NCBI GenBank assembly: GCA_041659765.1
Contig: JBAZXR010000001.1
Coordinates: forward strand, 387,419-451,418
Direction of reading: 5' to 3'
DNA: 64,000 nucleotides
Source of the DNA: Patescibacteria group bacterium
GTDB lineage: Bacteria; Patescibacteriota; Patescibacteriia; UBA9934
Shown one piece after another: positions 20,748 through 30,300 of this stretch (its first letter is position 1; every line of letters begins with the position of its first letter). The notes beneath the pieces are model-generated. The model saw nothing but the letters and a program-made list of their open reading frames with translations, ran no database searches and was not told the origin of the DNA. The position numbers were made by a program, and so were the translations under genes.

Positions 20748-21164
20748 CTACCGAGCAAGTTTAAGCGGAACCAAGAGCGTATTTACCCAATCGTAATTAT
20801 CGTCGACGTTATAAAATTCGAGTGTAAACGCACCATCGGGAACGCTCGTCATAATCGGGCTTGGCATAGTGAAATTCCCAGCCGCATCAGGATCTGCATA
20901 TGTCAGAGAGACTGGATTTTCACCCACCAGCACCGCGACATATACCGACTTACCAGCTGGAGCTTGGCCAGTAATAGTGTACTCGTCCGTAACCGTCGAA
21001 CCGGCCTTGGGCGAGGTGACACTGATGGTCGAAGTTGAGGCTAAATTAGTCGAGTCTGGCGCGGGAGTGCCCGGCGTCACTGAAGACGAAGTTGTGCAGC
21101 CTGCGCCCATGAGTGAAAGAACCGCCACCACGGACAAAACTCGGCCGACCAAAGACATGTGCAT
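20748..21164 (-). CDS. secreted lipoprotein (paralog of 17006..17446)
   Basis: Lipobox LMGAGC and the same core as the other paralog. Confidence 0.45.
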   Translation of the reverse strand: MHMSLVGRVLSVVAVLSLMGAGCTTSSSVTPGTPAPDSTNLASTSTISVTSPKAGSTVTDEYTITGQAPAGKSVYVAVLVGENPVSLTYADPDAAGNFTMPSPIMTSVPDGAFTLEFYNVDDNYDWVNTLLVPLKLAR

Positions 21165-21197
21165 AGGGGGAGAATTACTTACGGCCAGTATAACGCA

Positions 21198-22427
21198 TTA
21201 TTTTTTCTTTTTGGCCGATCTATCCTGAGCGATAATTTCTGTATAGAAAGCCTTCATCTGCTGGGCCATACGTTTGGTAGTAAAAACCTCCGCCGTCGCT
21301 CTGGCCTCTTGGGAAAGTCTTGTTCGCAAAGCGTTATCCTGCAAAAGTTGCTTAATCACTGTCTGAGCTTCTTTCGTGGAATGCACAATGTACCCGTTCT
21401 TCCCGTTCACAATGATCTCTGGCGCAACGCCAACCGCAAAGGTAACCGGCACCAGTCCACGAGACATCCCCTCGATCAAACTCAAGCTGAATCCCTCGTA
21501 CCGTGAAGAGATGAACAGCACGCTGCCAGACCAAGCATCAAGTAAAGCGGGAATCTGCTCTTTCAAGGTATTCAGCTGAAGGACCGTATTCTTAAAATGC
21601 GTTTCCATCCACGGGATCAGCGTCTTGCTATCAGTCATGCCGACGATCATCTTTGGCACACTCGGCAATTTGAGAAAGATATGTGCGAGACGGTCAAAAC
21701 CCTTCAGCTTCAGCGTAAACACATCGCCCCCTAAGCGACCAAGAAAAACCACCCCCGGCGTGGTCTCGCCAGTGTGTTTGTTCGGAAGAAACCAGTAATC
21801 TTCAATGGCATTATGAATGAGGCGGATGTGCTCCGTCTTAACCCCCATCTCTTGTAGCTCCTCGACCACCCCTTGCGACGTCGCGATAACTCCCTCAGCG
21901 CGTTTGGCGACATACTCCTCAATCTCCGCCACATCTCTGAGCGGCCGGCGAGTCTTCACGTTCAGTTCAGTGATCGCACCCTGTTTTCGCAACGCGTACC
22001 ACTGCTCACGAACCTCTCGTTCATCAGGATCTTTGGCTTGTGGAACCGCCTTCAAGAATCCGTAGGTAGTTGATCCAAAATGAGACACCACCGGAATAGA
22101 AAACGGCAACAGGGCAATCGGCGTATACGTGGTTCCTTGAATCAAATCACAATGCTTCAGGATGGTCCGATGTTTCTCGAGCAACGACTGAAAGAAAAAA
22201 ATGTTCTTCAGGCCTTTGAGGTGCACCGGAGCGTCCAACAAATTATCTCGCGGATAGAATTCTCGCACAGAGACCCCCAACGCCGAGAGGCTTTTACGGA
22301 TCAGGTCATTAATGTACCAAGCTCCGGTACCTACTTTTTTTCCGGAATGGATCAGGGCGATTCGCATAGAATGATAAGAAATGATACAGTGAAATTCAAT
22401 TTTCCCTATACTACCCGCTTTATGCAA
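21198..22427 (-). CDS. glycosyltransferase family 1 (GT4-type)
   Basis: C-terminal EGFSLSLIEGMSRGLVPV matches the GT4 E-x7-E region; 409 aa. Confidence 0.7.
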   Translation of the reverse strand: MHKAGSIGKIEFHCIISYHSMRIALIHSGKKVGTGAWYINDLIRKSLSALGVSVREFYPRDNLLDAPVHLKGLKNIFFFQSLLEKHRTILKHCDLIQGTTYTPIALLPFSIPVVSHFGSTTYGFLKAVPQAKDPDEREVREQWYALRKQGAITELNVKTRRPLRDVAEIEEYVAKRAEGVIATSQGVVEELQEMGVKTEHIRLIHNAIEDYWFLPNKHTGETTPGVVFLGRLGGDVFTLKLKGFDRLAHIFLKLPSVPKMIVGMTDSKTLIPWMETHFKNTVLQLNTLKEQIPALLDAWSGSVLFISSRYEGFSLSLIEGMSRGLVPVTFAVGVAPEIIVNGKNGYIVHSTKEAQTVIKQLLQDNALRTRLSQEARATAEVFTTKRMAQQMKAFYTEIIAQDRSAKKKK

Positions 22428-23765
22428 TTGATGAAAGGCTTCTCCCTTGATCTCTATCCGACGCCTGACCTCACCCGAGCCGCGCAGGCGATAGAATCAC
22501 AGCTCGCAAGCTACCGTCTACCACTCCCGCCACTCGCACAAACATGCGTCTTGACCATATTCGTACCCATGTTTAATGAAAGTCTCCGGCGTCTCAAAAC
22601 ACAACTCGACGCTTTTGCTAAGCAACAACTCCCCCGGGATATGTTCGAGGTTGTCTATCTCGTGAACAACGGCGAAGATGCATCTTCTGAGGTGCGCCAA
22701 GAAAACGCTCGGACCATGGATTATCTCCAAAGGTCTCCGCATGGCCTCCCTATTCGTCTTCTTGATCGCAGCTCACGGGGGCAAGAAATCCTGCACTGCA
22801 ACGTCGGCAAGGCCAGAAACTTTGGGCTCCACGCAATAGCCAAAAGGTATCTTGAACAAGAGCGGGATGGCGTCCTGGTGCATATTGACGCTGATACGTT
22901 CCCGGAAGATCCGACATATCTTCAGAAAGTCTATCGAGCCTTCCAAAAAACGCCATCGGCCATTGCGGCCTCAGGGGGGTTGCGTATGATTCTCGACATG
23001 GACAATCCTGATCCACAAAAAACTGCCTTCTTCAAAAAACATATCAGCGCGCTCCGAAACTTTGGAAAATGGTACCACCTCTCGCACGCCTTAAATGCCA
23101 CGGACGATAAACTTTCTCCCTGGATGACCCCAACGACCTTGTCTGGTCCTCATATGATCAGCCGGGTCGTGGCGAGTGTCTGCGCCGGAGGGATACCTGA
23201 CGCTTCGCTTGGCGAAGATGCGATGTTCGGTTTCAATCTGGAACAGTACGCAAAAAAGATTCATGGCGTCTTCTTGAGTAAACGAGATGTCTGGTTTTTA
23301 CGCATGGCCATCCGTGAGTCGACGCGCGCCGGCGCGTCATACGCCGAAGTGTTCCGAAATATTGCTGAACACAACGGCCGGCCGATCGTGCGCAATCCGC
23401 AGACTCCGCGGTACCAAGACTTCCTCAGGGACGAACTTCGACAACTCCAGCAGCAGCCCGAGAAACACGTGCAGGAACTGGCTCTCTTCTTTCACCTCCC
23501 CGAGGAACAGCTGACACGGCTTTCAGCGCAGCTCAAACGTAACGCGATCGATGAACTCATCCCGACACTGGAAATCTGGTTTAAAAAAGAACACCTCACA
23601 AACCAGGCAACATTTAACCTGCTTTTTAAAGCAAAATACAAATCCGAGTTCCCACTCACGCCGTACCGGCTTGCTTGGTTACGCACGCTTGTCTACGCGA
23701 ATCCAAAAAGAAAGGCCTACGCCAAAAACGCGATTAAATACTTCTCTAATTTTAAGGCCCGATAA
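22421..23765 (+). CDS. glycosyltransferase family 2 (GT-A fold)
   Basis: VLTIFVPMFNES...HIDADT DxD motif. The track ORF from 22080 overlaps the convergent GT4 gene. Start is more likely ATG 22421 (MQLMKGF), just downstream of a TATACT at ~22404. Confidence 0.55.
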
Positions 23766-23767
23766 AA

Positions 23768-23795
23768 CAAAAAACCGTCATTGCTGACGGTTCTC
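23768..23795. terminator. bidirectional terminator
   Basis: AAAAAACCGTCA-ttgc-TGACGGTT hairpin between convergent genes. Confidence 0.5.
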
Positions 23796-23804
23796 TGCGT
23801 TTCA

Positions 23805-24242
23805 TTATTCTTTGGAAACCGTGAGAGCCTTCAAGATTGCTTCAAGCTTGCTGTTCATGATGCGCATTTCTCCAAGTACTTCGGCCAGCTGACGATCATT
23901 GCTTGGGCGCTCTGGAGCGCGTTCAGCACGCTCTGGACGATCAAAGCTGCGGTCTGGTCCACGGTCAAAGCTGCGGTCAAATCCACGGTCACCACCGCGG
24001 TCATCGCGGAAGGAGCGCTTCTCTGGGTAAGCTGGACGATCATCCTGGTTTTCATCGCGTCTGAAACAGTCGCTACAGAAAACTGGCTTGCGACCATTCG
24101 GCTTGAATGGAACTTCGCAGGTCTTGTTACACGCGCTACAGACAGCCTCGTGCATCTCCATGGGGCGTGAATCACTGCCACCATAACTCTTCTTCTTATC
24201 CTTCCAACCACCGGCACTCTTGGCCTTAAAGCTATTAAACAT
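23805..24242 (-). CDS. CxxC-x17-CxxC zinc-ribbon protein with RD/RG-rich disordered centre
   Basis: CSACNKTCEVPFKPNGRKPVFCSDC followed by DRGGDRGFDRSFDRGPDRSFDRPERAER repeats. Confidence 0.45.
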   Translation of the reverse strand: MFNSFKAKSAGGWKDKKKSYGGSDSRPMEMHEAVCSACNKTCEVPFKPNGRKPVFCSDCFRRDENQDDRPAYPEKRSFRDDRGGDRGFDRSFDRGPDRSFDRPERAERAPERPSNDRQLAEVLGEMRIMNSKLEAILKALTVSKE

Positions 24243-24303
24243 AGGGGCTTGCGCTCATTGCTACTCGTTTCTTAAAGTGATTGGCGAATATTAGCGGAAA
24301 AAA

Positions 24304-25542
24304 TCATTCTTGGCAAGTGCTGACCCCAACCAGGCGTCCGGCAGCCCAAGAAGCCTGTAAATTGAACCCGCCGGTGTACCCGTCCACGTCCATGATCTCC
24401 CCCGCGAAATAGAGGCCCGGGCAGATTTTCGACTCCATGGTATTTGGATCAATTTCGTCTAGGCTGACTCCCCCAGCTGTTACGAACTCGTCGCCAGCTC
24501 CTCGCTGGATCACCGAAAGAGGAATTGCCTTCAGCCAAGAAAGCGCCTTATTAATTTCTTTCTTCGAAACCTGATTCGCGCGCTTTGAGGTCGAGATGTC
24601 GAGCTCGGCCACGATGATCTCGGCGAGAGACCTCGGGATCAGCAAACTCAACACGTTATCGAATTGTTTGTTGTAATTTTCTGTACAGATCGTTTCGAAT
24701 CTCACTCGCAGATCGTCGAGCGTCTCGTCCGAGAACAGGTCAATGGTGATCTCTAGTGGATTAGTCGCGTCGTACTTTTCAAATGCAACCAGCGAAGACA
24801 ACGCAAAGACCGCGGGACCGCTCACGCCTTTATGAGTAAACAAAAATGGTCCGGTAAAATGTGGTTTCTTGTCCCGCTTCGCCATAATCGTCGCCTTCTC
24901 GAATGACAGACCCGAAATCTTCGATGGCCAGGTCTCTTTTGTGAAGAACGCGTTCAAGCTCGGCGCGAGCGAAGTGATCGAGTGACCCAAAGACGCGGCG
25001 AAGGCGTAACCATCACCCGTCGAACCTGTTTGTCGATACGCCTGTCCGCCCGTGGTCAACACAAGTTTGTCGACAATAACGGGCGCGATCTGGTCTTTGG
25101 TATTCACGTAGAACTCGTCACCGCGTTTTTCGACGGACACCACGGACTTCTTCAGCATCACGTGGACCTTCGAGTCAGCAAACATCTGCTCAAACACGCC
25201 GACGATGTCATGGCCGTCGTCAGAAACAGGAAAAACTCGAAGGTCGTTCTGCGTCTTGAGTGGAACGCCGTGAGACTCGAACCACTCATACACGGCTTCC
25301 GGTGGAAACGCATACATGGCGTGGGTCAAAAACTTCCCCCCGCGCGGGTACTTAGTCAGCACAGTCTTCACGTCGAGGATGCCCGTCGTCACATTGCACC
25401 GCCCGCCTCCCGAGATGATCACTTTCTTTCCCAATCCATCGTTGCGATCCAACAGAAAAATCTCCGCCGAGGGGTCAGCCTCGTGGATAGTAGCGGCACA
25501 CATCATGCCCGCTGCTCCCCCGCCAATAATCGCGACGCGCAT
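24304..25542 (-). CDS. HI0933/BaiN-like FAD-dependent oxidoreductase
   Basis: MRVAIIGGGAAGMMCA...GGGRCNVT is the family hallmark. Confidence 0.7.
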   Translation of the reverse strand: MRVAIIGGGAAGMMCAATIHEADPSAEIFLLDRNDGLGKKVIISGGGRCNVTTGILDVKTVLTKYPRGGKFLTHAMYAFPPEAVYEWFESHGVPLKTQNDLRVFPVSDDGHDIVGVFEQMFADSKVHVMLKKSVVSVEKRGDEFYVNTKDQIAPVIVDKLVLTTGGQAYRQTGSTGDGYAFAASLGHSITSLAPSLNAFFTKETWPSKISGLSFEKATIMAKRDKKPHFTGPFLFTHKGVSGPAVFALSSLVAFEKYDATNPLEITIDLFSDETLDDLRVRFETICTENYNKQFDNVLSLLIPRSLAEIIVAELDISTSKRANQVSKKEINKALSWLKAIPLSVIQRGAGDEFVTAGGVSLDEIDPNTMESKICPGLYFAGEIMDVDGYTGGFNLQASWAAGRLVGVSTCQE

Positions 25543-25624
25543 ACGGCGCAGATGTTAGCAGAAATCTATTGCCAAAACAAATATGAACCAGCCTGCTATA
25601 CTGAAGTCATGAAGATCGCTACAA

Positions 25625-26596
25625 ATGTACAACGCGATGCCTTTGGCGGGATTACTATTTCTAATCTCGCTCTCTTTGAGCGGAAACATTCGAAAAAAAT
25701 GGGACGTCCTTATTGAAACAACTAAAAATATCTTGCGAAAAGAAGCACCAGATATTGTCCTTATTAACGGGACGTATTCTGCACCATGGATTCTGGCCCA
25801 AGCAGCCCAGGAGCTTGGCATTCCGATGGTTTTGCGTTACGCGGGCGTGCTGCAAAAAGAAGTTGGCAACAAGGGATATTTCGTCCGAAGGCGGTTGCTC
25901 ACCTACGAACAGTCAATAGTCTCAGCAGCCAATGCCATTATTTTTCCATCAACGTTATGTCGAAAAGTCGTTGAGCACGAAATTGTCCATCGGTCGGTAA
26001 AAAAAGGCATCGTCATTCCGAACCCCGTCTCGCATGTTGGGACGGTTCATCAAAAACACTCGCGAAAGGCGCGCTTCACCATGGCGGCGATTGGACGCTG
26101 GTCCGCCATCAAAAATTTCCAAGCCTTTCTAGCACTCCATGATGCCCTTCAGGAAGAACAATGGCCGCATCGGGCCATCATGGTGACCTCATTCTGGGAT
26201 GAACGGTTTGGGATCTCAGAAACCATCGAGCGAAAAGATCCGATGAATCAGGAAGACTTGCAAACATTCTATCAGTCACTTGATCTGCTAGTTGTCCCGT
26301 CGCATTTCGAAACGTTCTGTAATGTAGCGGCCGAGGCGTTAGTTCACGGCTGTTCTGTCTTAGTGTCAGAAAATATTGGGATTGCAGACGTACTTCGCAA
26401 GGCCGGACTTGATCGAATGGTCATCAAATCATTCGCAGACCCCGCCGTTGTGGTGGCTGCGGTCAAACGCCTGTCAAAAACAAAACTGAGCACTAAAGAA
26501 CACAAGCTAATTGTAAAACTCCTCGACCCTCAAGAAATTCATGAAGGGATCGTCCGAGTACTTAACCAGGTACTTGAAGGCGACTCGCTCGCGTAA
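25625..26596 (+). CDS. glycosyltransferase family 1 (GT4), N-terminus possibly split by a frameshift
   Basis: PDIVLINGTYSAPW...LVVPSHFETFCNVAAEALVHGCSVLVSE. An upstream overlapping frame from ATG 25609 (MKIATNV..AFGGI) looks like a GT4 N-terminus. The two frames meet at an A7 run at 25693-25699. Confidence 0.55.
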   Translation: MYNAMPLAGLLFLISLSLSGNIRKKWDVLIETTKNILRKEAPDIVLINGTYSAPWILAQAAQELGIPMVLRYAGVLQKEVGNKGYFVRRRLLTYEQSIVSAANAIIFPSTLCRKVVEHEIVHRSVKKGIVIPNPVSHVGTVHQKHSRKARFTMAAIGRWSAIKNFQAFLALHDALQEEQWPHRAIMVTSFWDERFGISETIERKDPMNQEDLQTFYQSLDLLVVPSHFETFCNVAAEALVHGCSVLVSENIGIADVLRKAGLDRMVIKSFADPAVVVAAVKRLSKTKLSTKEHKLIVKLLDPQEIHEGIVRVLNQVLEGDSLA

Positions 26597-26604
26597 CCTC
26601 TTTG

Positions 26605-27312
26605 TTATTTCTTTTCGCTCCAAGGTATCAGTGTGTTTCCAATGTCCAGAACAATTTTGTTCTCTGACTTGGCAATTTCTGGTCCGATAATTTTTCCTCC
26701 AGGACCCGCACTAAATAAAACCAGTTGCATTCCCGAGTGGAGAGCAGCTGCAACAGCCTCGTCATTATCTTCCCAACTATTCTTTGGAAAACCGGCAAAT
26801 CGTACAGGCTTCGAAAATGAATAGTGGGTATTAAAATTATCGACAATCTGTTGGTAATCTCGATGCATAATAAATACGCCATCGCTCGCCTCAATCAGCG
26901 TCTGGACCATCTCCTTCGACCAATCATTCACAAAGAAATTATCAAAATAGTACGGACGAGGTTTAAAGAAATTATATAAATAATACTGCGGAAATGAGAT
27001 ACCAGAAATTGATGGTGCAAAATATGTACAGTTATTGCCAGCGATTTCAATCTTTTTCTGCGGGTCGCTGACCGATATCCCCTCCACACCGAGTCTCACA
27101 TTCCAATTGTCACTTGCTTTGTTAAAAGTGGTAAATGGTTTATTTATATCCGCCTCCAATATTTTTCGTTCGCCATCCCCCATCCGCACCACAGATAGGC
27201 TTTCCTTGTTTAGAATCGCACATCCCACAAGTGCATACAGGGATTTTGGGCTCAAGGTCTTGAGACAGATCTCCCTTTCAAGGTCAGTCAATTTTTTAAT
27301 CGAGAAGATCAT
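26605..27312 (-). CDS. putative GT-D type glycosyltransferase (DUF1792-like)
   Basis: VVRMGDGER resembles the RFGDGE motif, and the C-terminal LVLFSAGPGGKIIG resembles the family. This is a tentative call. Confidence 0.35.
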   Translation of the reverse strand: MIFSIKKLTDLEREICLKTLSPKSLYALVGCAILNKESLSVVRMGDGERKILEADINKPFTTFNKASDNWNVRLGVEGISVSDPQKKIEIAGNNCTYFAPSISGISFPQYYLYNFFKPRPYYFDNFFVNDWSKEMVQTLIEASDGVFIMHRDYQQIVDNFNTHYSFSKPVRFAGFPKNSWEDNDEAVAAALHSGMQLVLFSAGPGGKIIGPEIAKSENKIVLDIGNTLIPWSEKK

Positions 27313-27328
27313 AAAAGTTATTGATATT

Positions 27329-30300
27329 TCAACGAGCCGAAGAGCGCCATCTGTCTAAGCAGGCTAATCCTTCACCAGGCAAAGAATCAGTGTAGCCGTC
27401 AATGCCCATTCCGTCACTTGGATACGTCACTGCTTTTCTTGCGGTAAGTGAATTGTAGTCACTCGCAGTAGAAATTTCCTTCCCAAGTGTGTACCCATCA
27501 AAATTAACGACGTCAATGATGGTTTTATTCCAATTCTTTCCGTAAAGAGCCGAGGCCAGTTCTTCGCTCACTATCCAACGGAGCACCGAGCCTTTTTCAA
27601 TCGCGTAGACTTTTGAATCTTCTGGCCGCTTGATCATGAGCACTCCCGGAGCAAAGGACACATCCGCGCCACGCCCAAGTTTACTGAAAAGCTCCTGGTC
27701 AACAATCGCAAGATCCCCGTAATCACAATACCAGGTGAAAAAAATGCGTTCTCTTGGAAAAGGATGAGCCAGTCCATCGGCACCGATGTAGTAGACCGCT
27801 TGGTTACCCTTGACCTTTAGCAGGGCATGCATCGGAATTCCCAGCTGTTTCAGACCTTCCAAACCTGGCTTGATCCCTTCTCCCGGTACAACATCAAACG
27901 ATTGCTCTTCAATTGAAATGGTGACCTGTGCATCGTCCTGTACAGGCAAACCTTTTGCTATTCCCGTAACTAGCCCCTTATTCGTGGTCGTTTCTGTAAT
28001 CATATCCATGCATGAATAAACCCAAATCTCATCCGGATCTAGCTTTCCATCATTATCAACGTCTCCTGATGCGTACGAAACTGGCTCACAATAATCATCG
28101 GTCACCTCAACATCTGTTATATGAACCGTGCCGGGGTTAGAAACCTTATAGGTAAAGGTGGCCTGTCCGCCGGTAGAGGGCAGGAACGTGGGGATAGCTG
28201 ACTTATCCAGAGAGATGCCAATACTTACTCCTAATTCCATAACTGGCACATACAATTCCGCCGTATCTGTTATTTGGCGGCCACTGTGTTCCGCGGTCAC
28301 GGTCGCGATATTGAACGTACTCTTATCAAGGACCGTAGAGCATGAATATTTCCAAACTTCGGCTAAGCCAAGGGTACCGTCACCGTCTGTATCTCCTCCG
28401 CTAAATGTCACCGGCCAACATGTGTCATCAGTCACCCGAATGTTATATAAAACAGTGTTCCCGCTGTTAAATACCTTATAGCCGTATATCACTGGCAGTC
28501 CCACAGAAGACAGCGTCGGAGGCACGGTGTCTTTTGTGAGCCGGATAGAGGCAATCTGAACATTCAGGAAACCGGCTTGTTGCGGAGAAGAGACGGAAAA
28601 AGGACTGACTGCCAACACATTGCTGTCATTATCAGCTGCGTCGCTGACCGTAATCGTGCAATTGTTATACGAACCGACGGTTAAGGTTGAAAAAGTAATG
28701 GTATTGTCACCTGCGGTTGCGTTCACAGTTACGCTCGTACAGCCACCGCCGTACGTAATCACGCCCGCTGAAGTGGAGTTAAATACGTATGACGGCGTAG
28801 TATCAATGGTGGGCGTATAAACAGGTGTAACTTCAAAGAGAAAAGGGGCGACGGTATCAATCTCAATATTTTTATTAGCTCCAAGCGAACCCGTAGCTCC
28901 AGGAATCGGTAAAGTGAGCAAAGCTGAATTACCGGCCTGATCTTCAATACTTCCACCATCATAGGTGAGTGCCGAAGAGTTCAGGTAGTCAAGGCGAGAC
29001 GCCGAGTCGCCTGAACTAACGGTGTAATTAAAAGTTAAAATGGAAGAATTAGAACCGCTCACATAGATGGCATGAGCATTGATCGAGCCGGTTTCAAGAG
29101 TGATTCTCGGCAAACCGGAAGCAATCACCACCTCATCAAAGGCGACTTGAATTGGAATAACCGCCCCTACACCGTAGATGCCATTGGCTACCGATGAAGT
29201 TACATTAATCACCAGCGGGATAGACGTGTTCACTGTAAACGGAGTGACCGCCAAGGCCACGTTTTCGTTACCTGCAGTATCTCTGACTTTAACAGTACAG
29301 TTATTGTGAAGGCCGTCTGCTAGGGTATTAAAAGTAATGAGATTTGACCCAGAAACAGCGGAGGTCATACCGCTCGAACAGTCACCACCAAAAATAATCG
29401 TACCCGCCTCACTAGAATTGAACGTATAGGCTGGCGTCGGATCATTCGTAAAGGTGTCAACGGGGGTGGTTTCTGACAACGTAGGTGTGATTGAATCAAT
29501 GAGGAGCGCCGAAGTTGCACTTAATGAACCAATTCCCCCGGGAGATGGCAAAACAAGGTCAGCGTTATTACCCGCTAGATCCATGATTGTCCCACCGCCA
29601 AGAGACAACGCTGACACGCTTGCGTAATCAAGATCCGATGCCAGCATATCCGCGCCAACAGTAAAGCGGAAAAGGAGTTCGTGATCACCGGAACCGCTGA
29701 CGTATGTAGCAACGGCCGCGACCGGCGCAGTGTTTAAGGTCAGTTCGGGCGTGTTGGTCACCACCACCGTCTCGCTCCAATGTACGAGCAAAGTAATTAC
29801 CGAACCGGCCGCATAGGCGCCATTCGCGGTCACACTAAACACATCATTCACAAACGGCGCCGTAGTATCAGCCGTCGTTGGCACGATAACTAAAGCCTTG
29901 TTCGCACCAAGTGATCCTGCAGCGCCTGGCGCTGGCAGCGTCAAAACAGCCGGATCAGCGGCGGCGTCTTTAATTGTGCCTCCATTCAAGGTTAGCGAAG
30001 TAGTAGCTAAATAATCTAGGTCTAAACTTGCATTTCCAGTCTGAACGTAATAATCGAAGGTTAGAGTGTCCGTACCATTTCCTGCTTCGTACAGGGCGTA
30101 CTCATCCGTGTCGCCCGTTTCAAGCTGGAGCCTGGGTCTATTTGTAACATACACCGTTTCGTTGAAGGTAATGGTAATCGGAATCGCGGCGCCTGGTGCA
30201 TATTCCCCATTGGGGCTAGATGAGGTGACATTCATAACAGACGGCGGGGTGGTATCTACCTCGAACGTAGAAACAACCAGCAAAGCACTCGGATTTCCTG

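Noticed and set aside
22080-22420. N-terminal 113 codons of the GT2 track ORF
   Set aside because: It overlaps the convergent GT4 gene on the opposite strand by ~350 nt. GT2 homology begins after Met at 22421, which follows a -10-like TATACT.
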